Origin: an uncultured Stenotrophomonas sp.
GTDB taxonomy: Bacteria > Pseudomonadota > Gammaproteobacteria > Xanthomonadales > Xanthomonadaceae
Assembly: GCA_946223375.1 (NCBI GenBank)
Contig: CAMICU010000001.1
Location: 1-61,242, forward strand
DNA: 61,242 nucleotides
Reading direction: 5' to 3'
Shown: in pieces, positions 19,371-30,107 of the stretch
How the letters are laid out: each line of letters opens with the position of its first letter
Position numbering within the stretch: position 1 is the first letter of the stretch
Translations under genes and position numbers: made by a program
The notes under the pieces: model-generated
What the model was told of the DNA's origin: nothing
What the model saw: only the letters and a program-made list of their open reading frames with translations
Databases searched by the model: none

Positions 19371-19385
19371 TACTGTCCCCCAGTA
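19371..19385 (+). promoter_or_regulatory. FrmR (CsoR/RcnR-type) operator
   Basis: TACTG-TCCCC-CAGTA inverted repeat around a C-tract, 20 nt upstream of frmR. Confidence 0.75.
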
Positions 19386-19405
19386 CAGGATAGAGGGGCT
19401 GGCCA

Positions 19406-19681
19406 ATGCCGCACTCGCCGGAAGAGAAAAAGAAGGTGCTGGCCCGGGTCAAACGTATCCGCGGCCAGTGCGATGCATTGGAGCGGGCGCTGGAGGCTGG
19501 GGTCGACTGCAACCCGGTGCTGCAGCAGATCGCCGCCATCCGCGGGGCCGTCAACGGGTTGATGTCCGAGGTGATGGAGGCGCACCTGCGCGAGGAGTTC
19601 GGCCAGCCCGCGCAGTCGGACGCGCAGCGCGCCGCGCGCGTGGCCGAGATGTCCAGCCTGATCCGTTCCTATCTCAAGTAA
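19406..19681 (+). CDS. frmR: Formaldehyde-responsive repressor
   Basis: MPHSPEEKKKVLARVKRIRGQ, Pro2, DC..VLQQIAAIRGA, HLRE; heads the frmA operon. Confidence 0.92.
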   Translation: MPHSPEEKKKVLARVKRIRGQCDALERALEAGVDCNPVLQQIAAIRGAVNGLMSEVMEAHLREEFGQPAQSDAQRAARVAEMSSLIRSYLK

Positions 19682-20854
<1,173 letters not shown>

Positions 20855-20855
20855 G

Positions 20856-21194
20856 ATGAGCACGATGTTGAACAAGGATGCACTGACCGCAGCGCTGGCT
20901 GACGCGGGTGACGACCAGGCCGGGCGTGAGGCGATCGAACGACTGCACGCGCAGGACCTGGTGAAGATCGATCAGTCGATTCTGTCGTCGTTGGGCCATG
21001 CCTGGAAGAACGCCGGCTTCGTTACCGCCGGTGTGCTGATCGCCGCGCCCGACGAATACGAGGACATCCCGGAGTCGTTCTATGCGCTGCGTATCGGCAG
21101 CCTGGCCGACGAGTCACGCATCGAGATGAAGGGCAGCCTGGATAATTTGAAGACCTGCGAGATCCGCTTGCCGGCGGCATCGGGAGAGGCCTGA
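20856..21194 (+). CDS. Acidic hypothetical protein between frmA and fghA
   Basis: 112 aa; 1-nt gaps on both sides; coding-like codon usage; no Gfa Cys motifs. Confidence 0.7.
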   Translation: MSTMLNKDALTAALADAGDDQAGREAIERLHAQDLVKIDQSILSSLGHAWKNAGFVTAGVLIAAPDEYEDIPESFYALRIGSLADESRIEMKGSLDNLKTCEIRLPAASGEA

Positions 21195-21195
21195 G

Positions 21196-22032
21196 ATGAC
21201 CGCCGAACGTATCGAACACCGCGCCTGCTTCGGTGGCTGGCAGGACGTGTACCGCCACGAATCCAAGGTGCTGGGCTGCGAGATGACGGTCGGCGTCTAC
21301 CTGCCGCCGCAGGCCGCGCATGCGCCGTGCCCGGTGCTGTACTGGCTCAGCGGACTGACCTGCACCGAGCAGAACTTCATCACCAAGGCCGGTGCGCAGC
21401 GTTATGCGGCCGAGCACGGCATCATCCTGGTGGCACCGGATACCAGCCCGCGCGGTGACACGGTGGCTGATGCCGAGGGCTACGACCTGGGCAAGGGTGC
21501 CGGCTTCTACGTCAATGCCACCCGTGAGCCGTGGGCGCGCAACTACCGCATGTACGACTACATCGTCGAGGAGCTGCCGGCCTGGGTGGAAGCCGACCCG
21601 GCCGCCAGCGACGTGCGTGCGATCAGCGGGCATTCGATGGGGGGACACGGTGCGCTGACCATCGCGCTGAGGAACCCGGGCCGTTACCGCAGCGTGTCGG
21701 CGTTCTCGCCGATCGTCGCACCGTCGCAGGTGCCGTGGGGACAGAAGGCGTTCGCGGCCTATCTGGGTGAGGACCAGGACGCCTGGCTGCAGTACGACGC
21801 GACCGCGCTGATCGCCACCGCGGGCGAACGCCTGCCGCTGCTGGTCGACCAGGGCGGTGCAGATGAGTTCCTCGACAACCAGCTGCGCCCACAGCTGCTG
21901 CAGGCCGCCTGCGACGCGGCCGGGCATCCGCTGCAGCTGCGCATGCAGCCCGGCTATGACCACAGCTACTATTTCATCAGTAGCTTCATCGGCGAGCACA
22001 TTGCCCATCACGCCCGTGCCCTGCACGGCTGA
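21196..22032 (+). CDS. fghA: S-formylglutathione hydrolase
   Basis: [31 protein letters not shown]. Confidence 0.96.
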   Translation: MTAERIEHRACFGGWQDVYRHESKVLGCEMTVGVYLPPQAAHAPCPVLYWLSGLTCTEQNFITKAGAQRYAAEHGIILVAPDTSPRGDTVADAEGYDLGKGAGFYVNATREPWARNYRMYDYIVEELPAWVEADPAASDVRAISGHSMGGHGALTIALRNPGRYRSVSAFSPIVAPSQVPWGQKAFAAYLGEDQDAWLQYDATALIATAGERLPLLVDQGGADEFLDNQLRPQLLQAACDAAGHPLQLRMQPGYDHSYYFISSFIGEHIAHHARALHG

Positions 22033-22185
22033 GGCAGGTCGCGCGCGCCAGCACCCGCCGAGGTGACCCCGGCGCGGTGAACGGTGATGCCGGCCATTGG
22101 CCGGCATCAAGCGCGTGCTGGATCACGTCTTCATGTCACCGGGCGCGCTATCGTCGGCGCAAACCGACGGCTCGACGGGGGACGC

Positions 22186-23610
22186 ATGCCGGTTGTGCTG
22201 GTGCTGCTGTACGTGGTCTGTCATGGCCTGGCGCTGGTCCTGTGGCCGGCACCGGAGGGTGCCGGTTCGTTCGTGTTCCTGACCGCCGCGCCGCTGCTGG
22301 CGGCCGTGGTCTGCCTGTGGCGGGCGCGGCGCGACCCCGCGGCGCTGGGCTGGCGGGCCATCGCCCTGGCGCTGCTGCTGTGGGCCGGCGGCATGGCGCT
22401 GAACATGCTCGATGCGCTGGGTGCCGGTCGTGCCGATGTCACCCCGCGCGCCAGCCTGTTGCTGTACGTGCTGTACGGTGTGCCGCTGGTGTTCATCCTG
22501 GCCCGTGCGCGCCGCGAACCGCTGAGCATCAGCCTGATCGATGCGGCGATGGCGGCCCTGCTGGGCGTGCTGTTCTTCGTGCACGCCGGGTTCTTCGCCG
22601 GTCGCATCGACGTCGATGACGGCGCCATGGCCAGCATGCGCTACATGTTCGACATCCAGAACATGTGCATCGCCGGCTTCGCGGTGGTGCGCTGGCTGGC
22701 CGATGACCTGCCCGAGCGGCGCGGCTTCTTCCGCGTACTGGCGCTGTATGCGCTGGCCTACTTGCTGGTGGCCGGCTACATCAATCACTTCACCTCCGAA
22801 GAGGCGTTTGGTGCCTACAACGATCTGTTGATCGATCTGCCGTTCCTGCTGCTGGCCTTGCTGGCCCTGCGGCAGGCACCGGCGCCGGCGGTGCTGCCGC
22901 ATCCGCGCCTGTCGCGGCTGGTCCAGGCCGGCGGGCCGATGATCCTGCCGTTGCTGCTGCTGGTGGTCGGCACGCTGGTGGTGGATCATGCGCGGGCACT
23001 GGCGGTGACCGGCTTCGTGGTCGCCACGCTGGGGTTCGGTCTGCGCAGCACGCTGCTGCAGATCGGCCTGCTGGAGCGGCAGGCGGCACTGGATGCGCTG
23101 GCCCGGCAGGATGGCCTGACCGGCGTGGCCAACCGGCGCCAGTTCGACGCGCTGCTGCGCACGGAGTGGAACCGGGCGCGTCGCAGCGGCACCGCGCTGG
23201 CGCTGCTGCTGGTGGACATCGACCACTTCAAGGCCTTCAACGACAGTCATGGGCATCCGGCCGGTGATCGTTGCCTGCAGGTGGTCGCCGCGCAGCTGCA
23301 GGCCTCGCTGCAGCGTGCCGGCGACAGCGTGGCGCGCTATGGCGGCGAGGAGTTCGGGGTGATCGTGCCGGGCACCGCGCTGGATGACGTGCTGGTGCTG
23401 GCCGAGCGGCTGCGCCAGGAAGTGGAGGCGCTGCGCCTGCCGGAAGGGCGGGTCAGCATCAGCATCGGGGTGGCGTTCCAGCATCCGCCGGTCACCGCCG
23501 ACACCGGCCAGCTGCTGGCCGATGCCGATGCCGCGCTGTATGCGGCCAAGCATGCCGGGCGCAACCGCGTGGCGGTGCAGGGCGCGGCGTTCGGCCGGGT
23601 CGCCAGCTGA
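22186..23610 (+). CDS. Membrane-bound diguanylate cyclase
   Basis: Multi-TM N-terminus; DGLTGVANRR, DIDHFKAFND, RYGGEEF; start uncertain. Confidence 0.9.
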   Translation: MPVVLVLLYVVCHGLALVLWPAPEGAGSFVFLTAAPLLAAVVCLWRARRDPAALGWRAIALALLLWAGGMALNMLDALGAGRADVTPRASLLLYVLYGVPLVFILARARREPLSISLIDAAMAALLGVLFFVHAGFFAGRIDVDDGAMASMRYMFDIQNMCIAGFAVVRWLADDLPERRGFFRVLALYALAYLLVAGYINHFTSEEAFGAYNDLLIDLPFLLLALLALRQAPAPAVLPHPRLSRLVQAGGPMILPLLLLVVGTLVVDHARALAVTGFVVATLGFGLRSTLLQIGLLERQAALDALARQDGLTGVANRRQFDALLRTEWNRARRSGTALALLLVDIDHFKAFNDSHGHPAGDRCLQVVAAQLQASLQRAGDSVARYGGEEFGVIVPGTALDDVLVLAERLRQEVEALRLPEGRVSISIGVAFQHPPVTADTGQLLADADAALYAAKHAGRNRVAVQGAAFGRVAS

Positions 23611-23637
23611 GGGATCTCCGCCAGACAGTGGCGGGGT

Positions 23638-24309
23638 CTACCGATGGAAGTCGGTATAGGCGTAGCGTGCGTCGCGCAGCACGGTGTCCCCGCGGATCAG
23701 CGGCAGCGGTGCGTCGAACATCGGCCCGGCCCGCACGCAGGTATGGAATTCGCCGTTCTCGCCACAGGCGTCGATGCCGGCCGGCAGTGCGTCCAGCAGC
23801 GCAGGGTCGAACGCGCGCCCGGCGAAAGAGGCATCCAGCAGCTGGGTGTCCACGCAGCACAGGTGCGCGCGCAGACCGCCGTCGATCATCTCGCGCGCCA
23901 GTTGCGTGGTGTCGCGGCCGAACAACGGGAACAGCGTCTTCCAGCCCAGCGCCGCGTACTGACGCTGGCGCCAGTCACGGATGTCGTGCAGCAGCAGGTC
24001 ACCGAAGGCCAGTGTCTGCAGCGCGGGCCAGCGGCGCCGTGCCGCGTGCAGGGTGTCGGCCATGCGCTGCAGGTACAGCGCGTTGTCGCAGGCCTGCGGA
24101 ATCCAGGACGGCAGCAGCGGCAGGCCGGCGGCGCGGGCCTGTGCCTGCAGCACGTCGGCGCGCACGCCCTGCATCGAGGAGCGCTCGTGGCCTTCGGTGA
24201 GGGTGGTGAGCAGGGCGACGACCTGCACGTCGTCGCGCTGCTGCAGCTGGTACAGGGCCCAGGCGGCGTCTTTGCCGCCGCTCCAGGACATCAGGACGGG
24301 GGTGCTCAA
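23638..24309 (-). CDS. PP-loop ATP-binding protein (MJ0570/diphthine-ammonia-ligase-like)
   Basis: SWSGGKD, FGDL, PL, DACGENGEFHT; TTG start 3 nt after the upstream stop. Confidence 0.85.
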   Translation of the reverse strand: MSTPVLMSWSGGKDAAWALYQLQQRDDVQVVALLTTLTEGHERSSMQGVRADVLQAQARAAGLPLLPSWIPQACDNALYLQRMADTLHAARRRWPALQTLAFGDLLLHDIRDWRQRQYAALGWKTLFPLFGRDTTQLAREMIDGGLRAHLCCVDTQLLDASFAGRAFDPALLDALPAGIDACGENGEFHTCVRAGPMFDAPLPLIRGDTVLRDARYAYTDFHR

Positions 24310-24312
24310 AGC

Positions 24313-24651
24313 TCAGCGTACGTCGCGCATTTCCCAGTGGGTGCCGGCGAGCAGGCGCAGGCGGTGCTTGAACACGTCGCCCGGCAGGCTGGTGGTGGCG
24401 AGCAGGTTGATGCGCAGATCGGCCTGCTGGCCGCTGACGGTGGCCTGCGGGTCGGTGGCCGCCAGTGATGGATCGACATCGTCCGGCTCGTCCTGCACCG
24501 CCTTCCAGCGCTCGAACAGTTCAGTGGTGCGCAGCGCGGCCTGCAGCTGTTCGGCGAAGGCGTCCGCGCCGCTGGCGGTGAACGACAGGCGTGGGTCGCT
24601 GCCGCGTGCCTTGGCCGGGTCCGGGAGGGAAATCGAATATTGCACGGACAT
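24313..24651 (-). CDS. Hypothetical protein
   Basis: AAGGAG RBS; strong coding codon usage; coupled to the downstream gene. Confidence 0.75.
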   Translation of the reverse strand: MSVQYSISLPDPAKARGSDPRLSFTASGADAFAEQLQAALRTTELFERWKAVQDEPDDVDPSLAATDPQATVSGQQADLRINLLATTSLPGDVFKHRLRLLAGTHWEMRDVR

Positions 24652-24722
24652 GCGGGTTCTCCTTGAAGTTGCCTCAGCCTAACCCGGCCGATGTTGCGAA
24701 GTCGTACAGGGGGCTGCCGGCA

Positions 24723-25667
24723 TCAGCTGCCGAAGGTGTGCGGGTCATCGGCAAAGCCAATCGTCACCGCGCCCTTGCCGACGTTGACCATGCCGGTCAG
24801 GCTCATCACCGCCTCCAGCAGCGTCACCCCGTGCACCTGGCAGGTATCGCGCAGCTGCGCGTACCCGGGCAGGGCGCGCAGCTCGTCCAGCGGGCCGCCG
24901 TAGCTGACGCACACCACCGGCGTCATCAGTCCCTTGCCCACGCGCCGGCCGACGAAGTCGAACAGGGTCTGCACCGCGTTGTCGAAGCCTTTGATCTTGG
25001 CCACCGGCTCGGTGTTGCCACGGTAGCCGTGCAGCACCGGCTTGATGTCCAGCGCGCTGCCCAGCGCGGCACTGAACAGGCCGACGCTGCGGTCGCCCTT
25101 GTGGCGCGCGCGGGCACGCATGTAGTACAGGTCGCGGGTGACCATGTAGCCGTGCACGTTGCCGGCCACCTGCTCCAGCCGCTCGCGCATCTGCTGCACG
25201 GTGGCGCCGCTGTCGCGCATGCGCACCGCTTCCACCGCGCTCACCGCCTGCGCGGCGAACAGGTTCTGGGTATCGATCACGCGCAGGCTGAAGGGCGAGT
25301 TGTAGCCTGCGGCCTGGCGGATCGGCTTGTACTCGTTGAGGATGGTGTAGCCGGCCTGGACCGCGTTGTCGTACAGCGGGCTGCGGGTACGGGTGATGGT
25401 CAGGCAGAACACCTGGTCGAAGTCGGTGACCAGCTGCTGCAGGAACAGGTCGCGGATCTGCTCGGCGGTATAGGGGATGGTCTCGGCCTCGGCGCCCTGG
25501 TCGCTGAGCGGGCCCTGCAGGAAGGCCAGCGTCTCGGCCTCGTCGCGCTGGTCCGGCAGCACGGTCTGGCCGATGCGCACGGCGATGGGCAGCAGCACGA
25601 TGTTGTTGTGGTGCAGGTAGGCCATCGGCAGGTCACAGGCCGAATCCACCACGATCCCGATACGCAT
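24723..25667 (-). CDS. DegV-family fatty-acid-binding protein
   Basis: MRIGIVVDSACDLP, VIDT, LDIKPVL, NVGKGA; GGAGG RBS. Confidence 0.9.
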   Translation of the reverse strand: MRIGIVVDSACDLPMAYLHHNNIVLLPIAVRIGQTVLPDQRDEAETLAFLQGPLSDQGAEAETIPYTAEQIRDLFLQQLVTDFDQVFCLTITRTRSPLYDNAVQAGYTILNEYKPIRQAAGYNSPFSLRVIDTQNLFAAQAVSAVEAVRMRDSGATVQQMRERLEQVAGNVHGYMVTRDLYYMRARARHKGDRSVGLFSAALGSALDIKPVLHGYRGNTEPVAKIKGFDNAVQTLFDFVGRRVGKGLMTPVVCVSYGGPLDELRALPGYAQLRDTCQVHGVTLLEAVMSLTGMVNVGKGAVTIGFADDPHTFGS

Positions 25668-25907
25668 GCGGCGCCCCCTCCAGGTTTCGATTGGTTGTCG
25701 TTGGGCAGAACCCTATCGTAAAACCGGCAGGCTGGGCGGTTCGTGGTGCAGGCGGCCTCGGCGACGTCCGATTTCACCCCTGGTGCATAGGCATGCCGGG
25801 GGGCAGGCCATTAAGCTAGCACCCGAGCAGCGCAGGCCGGGGGCCGGCCGCGCGGCGGGAACGGCAGCCAATCGCACTGCCTGATGACAGGCAGTGAGGG
25901 AGCAGGC

Positions 25908-26447
25908 ATGGAAACGGCAAATTCGGTGGTGGAGTTCTGGCGCACGGCGGGGCCACGACGGTGGTTCTCGCGCGACGATGCGTTCGATGAAACCTTCCGC
26001 GAGCGCTTCCTGGACCTGCATTTCCAGGCCGCCCGGCGCAACTGCGAGGAATGGCTGCATGACGCCGAGGGCGCGCTGGCGCTGCAGATCCTGCTCGACC
26101 AGTTCCCGCGCAACTGCTTCCGTGGCAGTGCGCACTCTTACGCTACCGACGGGCTGGCCCGGCATTACGCGATGCGCGCCATCGAGGAAGGGCTGGACCG
26201 GGAGCTGACCCCGCAGCTGCGGGCCTTCATCTACCTGCCGTTCGAGCACTCCGAGGACCCGGCCGACCAGGACCGCTCGGTGGCGATGTTCGAGGTGCTG
26301 GGGGACCTGGAGTACCTCAAGTACGCCGAGCTGCACCGCGACATCATCCGCCGCTTCGGGCGCTTCCCGCACCGCAACGCGGTGCTGGGCCGCATCCCGA
26401 CCCCGGAGGAGCTGCATTTCCTGGCCGAGGGCGGGTTCGCGGGCTAG
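25908..26447 (+). CDS. DUF924-family protein
   Basis: LLDQFPRN, FIYLPFEHSE, IIRRFGRFPHRN. Confidence 0.92.
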   Translation: METANSVVEFWRTAGPRRWFSRDDAFDETFRERFLDLHFQAARRNCEEWLHDAEGALALQILLDQFPRNCFRGSAHSYATDGLARHYAMRAIEEGLDRELTPQLRAFIYLPFEHSEDPADQDRSVAMFEVLGDLEYLKYAELHRDIIRRFGRFPHRNAVLGRIPTPEELHFLAEGGFAG

Positions 26448-26487
26448 GCCACAGGCCGCTGCCCGGGCAACCGCAGGCCGTGCTTCT

Positions 26488-26526
26488 CCCATGAAAAACG
26501 CCGGCGATGCCGGCGTTTTTCATGGG
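26488..26526. terminator. Bidirectional intrinsic terminator
   Basis: CCCATGAAAAACGCCGGC-GAT-GCCGGCGTTTTTCATGGG between convergent genes. Confidence 0.88.
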
Positions 26527-26542
26527 CTGACGGCGGCGCCGA

Positions 26543-27469
26543 TCAGTACTTGGGCACGCTGTTGTCCACGTTCTCCGACCAGGCATCGATGCCGCCGGTG
26601 ATGTTGAAGACGTTGGTGAAGCCCAGGCCGTGGAAATGGTCGGCGGCCTGCGCGCTGCGGCCACCGCGGTGGCACAGGAACGCCAGCGCGGTGTCCTTGG
26701 GCAGGGCTTCGAGCTGGGCGCGGTTGTCGCCGTCGAAGGTCTGGAACGGCGCGTTGATGGCGGCGATGGCGCGTTCGTCGGCCGGGCGCACGTCGACCAC
26801 GGTCAGGTTGCCGGCGCGCAGCTGGTCGTCGGCGCTGCGCACGTCCAGTTCCTGCACCGGCTTGGGCGCGTTCGGGTTGTTGATGGCCAGGCCCTGGCCA
26901 CGGATGTCGTCGACCCAGTCGATGGTGATGCCTTCGGCGCGGCGTGCGCTGGCGCTGTCGAACTGCACGCGCAGGCCGTTGGATTCGGCGGCGATGGCAT
27001 TGGCGTCGAACGGTGCCAGCTGGAAGTTCGGCTGGAAGCGGGCATCGATGCCCAGCTGCAGCGCGGCGCCCGGGGCATCGGCCAGCGCGCCCTTGAGCAT
27101 TTCCACGGCGGCCGGGGTGACGGTGATGGTCGGCGGGGTACGGTCCGGTGCGGCCAGGCCCAGCAGCGTGCTCAGCTCGCCGCTGTTGGCCATCTGCAGG
27201 ATGATGTCGCTGCCGCCGATCAGCTCGCCGTCCACATACAGCTGCGGAATGGTCGGCCAGTCGCCGTACAGCTTGATGCCTTCACGGATGTCCTGGTCGG
27301 CCAGCACGTTGACGTGGCCGAACTCCACGCCCAGGTCCTGCAGCGCGCCAACAGCCTTGGCCGAGAAACCGCACTGCGGCATGCTCGGCTGGCCCTTCAT
27401 GAACAGGACGACGCGGTCGGCGCCGAGGATGGATTCAATGCGCGAACGCAGGGCAGGGTCCAGGGACAT
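26543..27469 (-). CDS. grxD: Monothiol glutaredoxin fused to an IscA/HesB-like domain and a rhodanese domain
   Basis: FMKG..PQCGFS, WPTIPQLY, GGSD; middle ITVTPAA...GITIDW...INNPNA; C-terminal DVR...CHRGGRS...GGIDAW. Confidence 0.9.
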   Translation of the reverse strand: MSLDPALRSRIESILGADRVVLFMKGQPSMPQCGFSAKAVGALQDLGVEFGHVNVLADQDIREGIKLYGDWPTIPQLYVDGELIGGSDIILQMANSGELSTLLGLAAPDRTPPTITVTPAAVEMLKGALADAPGAALQLGIDARFQPNFQLAPFDANAIAAESNGLRVQFDSASARRAEGITIDWVDDIRGQGLAINNPNAPKPVQELDVRSADDQLRAGNLTVVDVRPADERAIAAINAPFQTFDGDNRAQLEALPKDTALAFLCHRGGRSAQAADHFHGLGFTNVFNITGGIDAWSENVDNSVPKY

Positions 27470-27531
27470 CGTGAACTCGTGGAAGTGGTCTGTGACAATG
27501 GACGATTCTACGCTGTGAGGCACCCCCGGGC

Positions 27532-28311
27532 ATGACCGCCACGGAAACCCTGTATCGCATTCCCCGTCACCCCTGGCGCTGGCTCCCGTGGCTGGTCGCC
27601 TCGCAGCTGCTGGTGGCGGTGCTGTGGTGGTGGCTGGGCTGGGCCTGGGGCCTGCCGCTGATGGTGGCCAGCCACGCGCTGTTCGTGGTGCCGGTGTTCC
27701 TGCCCAACAGCCGCTTCTACGCGCCGGTGCTCAGCCGCCTGCCGGGCCCGGAGGTATGGCTGACCATCGACGACGGCCCCTCCGACGACACCCCGGCGGT
27801 GCTGGACCTGCTGGACCGCTACCAGGCCCGGGCCACCTTCTTCATGGTCGGCGCGCGCGCGGCGGCACGGCCGGCGCTGGTGCGCGAGGTGCTGCGGCGC
27901 GGCCACAGCCTGGGCAACCACAGCCATTCCCATCCGCAGGCGCGGTTCTGGGCGCTGGGCCCGGCGCGGATGGCGCAGGAAATCGGCCACTGCCAGCAGG
28001 TGCTGGCCGACATCGCCGGGCAGCCACCGCGCTGGTACCGCTCGGTGGTGGGCATGACCAACCCGTTTGTCGCCGCGGCGCTGCGTCGCCACGGGCTGAC
28101 CCGGGTGGGCTGGACGGCGCGCGGTTTCGACGGGGTGGGCTGCACCCCGGAGGCGGTGCTGGCGCGGCTCGGGCCGGCGCTGGCGCCCGGCGCGATCGTG
28201 CTGCTGCACGAGGGCGCCGCGCACGGCCACAACCTGGCCATCATCGAGGCGGTGCTGCAGCAGCTGCACGCGCGCGGGCTGCGCACGTGCCTGCCGCAGG
28301 CAAGCGCGTAG
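27532..28311 (+). CDS. Polysaccharide deacetylase (NodB fold) with N-terminal TM helices
   Basis: LTIDDGP, ATFF, GNHSHSH, LLHEG. Confidence 0.88.
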   Translation: MTATETLYRIPRHPWRWLPWLVASQLLVAVLWWWLGWAWGLPLMVASHALFVVPVFLPNSRFYAPVLSRLPGPEVWLTIDDGPSDDTPAVLDLLDRYQARATFFMVGARAAARPALVREVLRRGHSLGNHSHSHPQARFWALGPARMAQEIGHCQQVLADIAGQPPRWYRSVVGMTNPFVAAALRRHGLTRVGWTARGFDGVGCTPEAVLARLGPALAPGAIVLLHEGAAHGHNLAIIEAVLQQLHARGLRTCLPQASA

Positions 28312-28350
28312 ACTCGCCCCCCGCCTTACCGTTCTCTTCCGGACCCACGC

Positions 28351-29610
28351 ATGCCCTTTTCCCGACTCGGCCTGTCTCCCTACGTGCTGCCTGCGCTGCA
28401 GCAGGCGCTGGAGCAGGCCGGCTACACGCAGCCGACGCCGATCCAGCAGCAGGCGGTGCCGTTGATCGTGCAGGGGCGCGACCTGGTGGCGCTGGCGCCG
28501 ACCGGCTCGGGCAAGACCGCCGCCTACGTGCTGCCGGCGCTGCAGCGCTTCGTGGCGGCGCCGGCGCGCAAACCGCAGGTGCTGGCGCAGCTGGTGCTGG
28601 TGCCCACCCGCGAACTGGCGCTGCAGGTGGCCGACGTGTTCGCCACGCTGGGGCGGCAGCTGAGCCGCCGGCCGCACCTGGTGTGCGCGGTGGGCGGGGT
28701 ATCGATCAACCCGCAGATGATGGCCCTGCGCGGGGGCGCCGACGTGGTCGTGGCCACGCCCGGGCGGCTGCTGGACCTGCTGGCGCACAACGCGCTGTCG
28801 CTGAAGCAGGTGCAGCTGCTGGTGCTGGACGAGGCCGACCGCCTGCTCGAGCTGGGCTTCGGCGACGAGCTGCGGCAGGTGCTGGCCGAGCTGCCGCCGC
28901 GCCGGCAGACGCTGTTGTTCTCGGCGACCTTCCCGCCCGATATCGAGGCGCTGGCCGCCGCCGGCCTGCACGCGCCGCAGCGGCTGGAGATCGCCGAACA
29001 GGCGCAGCCGGAGATCACCCAGCGGGCGATCCATGTCGATGCCGGCCGGCGCAGCGAACTGCTGCTGGCGCTGCTGGCGGACCCGCAGTGGCGGCAGGTG
29101 CTGGTATTCGCCGGCAGCCGTCGCGACAGCGACCGCCTGGCCAGCCAGCTGCGCAGCGCCGGGGTAAGCGCGCAGGCGCTGCATGGCGAACTGTCGCAGG
29201 GGCGGCGCGTGCGCATGCTGCAGCTGTTCAAGGATGGCGAGCTGCAGGTGCTGGTGGCGACCGACGTGGCGGCGCGCGGCATCGACATCGCGCGCCTGCC
29301 GGTGGTGGTGAACTTCGAGCTGCCGCGCTCGCCGGCCGATTACCTGCACCGCATCGGCCGTACCGGCCGCGCCGGTGAGAAGGGCCTGGCGGTGAGCTTC
29401 GTGGAGGCCGCCGCGCAGCCGCACTGGCGCCTGATCTGCAAGCGCAATGGGCTGGACGTGGCGTTGGAGACGCTGCCCGGTTTCGCGCCGCAGGACGCGG
29501 CGCCGTCAGCGCAGCGGGTGGCCGATGACCACGGCGGCATCAAGGGCCGCCGGCCCAGCAAGAAGGACCGCCTGCGTGCCGCTGCCGCGGCGGCTGATCC
29601 GGCGAGGTAG
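28351..29610 (+). CDS. DEAD-box RNA helicase (RhlE-like)
   Basis: APTGSGKT, PTRELA, TPGRL, DEAD, SAT, ARGID, HRIGRTGR. Confidence 0.95.
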   Translation: MPFSRLGLSPYVLPALQQALEQAGYTQPTPIQQQAVPLIVQGRDLVALAPTGSGKTAAYVLPALQRFVAAPARKPQVLAQLVLVPTRELALQVADVFATLGRQLSRRPHLVCAVGGVSINPQMMALRGGADVVVATPGRLLDLLAHNALSLKQVQLLVLDEADRLLELGFGDELRQVLAELPPRRQTLLFSATFPPDIEALAAAGLHAPQRLEIAEQAQPEITQRAIHVDAGRRSELLLALLADPQWRQVLVFAGSRRDSDRLASQLRSAGVSAQALHGELSQGRRVRMLQLFKDGELQVLVATDVAARGIDIARLPVVVNFELPRSPADYLHRIGRTGRAGEKGLAVSFVEAAAQPHWRLICKRNGLDVALETLPGFAPQDAAPSAQRVADDHGGIKGRRPSKKDRLRAAAAAADPAR

Positions 29611-29717
29611 CGCTTCGCCAGGCAGTCCCGCGGGGCCCGTACATGCCGGGTGCCGGCGGAACGCGCCGGCAGACGCGACGGCGGGCCGGGCAGGGCCCCG
29701 CCGCCACCGGCCGCGGA

Positions 29718-30056
29718 TCAATCCTCGAAATCGCTTTCCGGCGAGGCGTCGATGACCGGTTCGGCCGCCGCCGGGCGCGGGGTGCGCTTGCCGGGCTTGC
29801 GCAGCACTTCCACGTAGAACTGGGTGTTGCCGGCGGCGACCAGCGCGTCCACCGCGCGGATCAGCTCGGCGAACACCACCGGCTGCGCGCTGGCCTCGTC
29901 GACGCCGGCCTTGCTGTCGAAGTCCCAGAAGTCGGCACCGGCCGGCAGCGCCTTGCCGCGCTCGCGCTTGATGTACTTGCGGATGTCGTGCTTGCTGGCT
30001 TCCAGCAGGCGATCGGGATGCTTGCCTTCGATGTCGAGGCGATAGGTTCTTTTCAC
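29718..30056 (-). CDS. Small conserved protein (DUF6172-like)
   Basis: KHDIRKYIKRER..LPAGADFWDFD..FYVEVL. Confidence 0.7.
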   Translation of the reverse strand: MKRTYRLDIEGKHPDRLLEASKHDIRKYIKRERGKALPAGADFWDFDSKAGVDEASAQPVVFAELIRAVDALVAAGNTQFYVEVLRKPGKRTPRPAAAEPVIDASPESDFED

Positions 30057-30107
30057 GGTGTTCTCGGTACGGCGCCGGCCCGGACGGGGCGGCTGGGGAT
30101 GGCGTGA

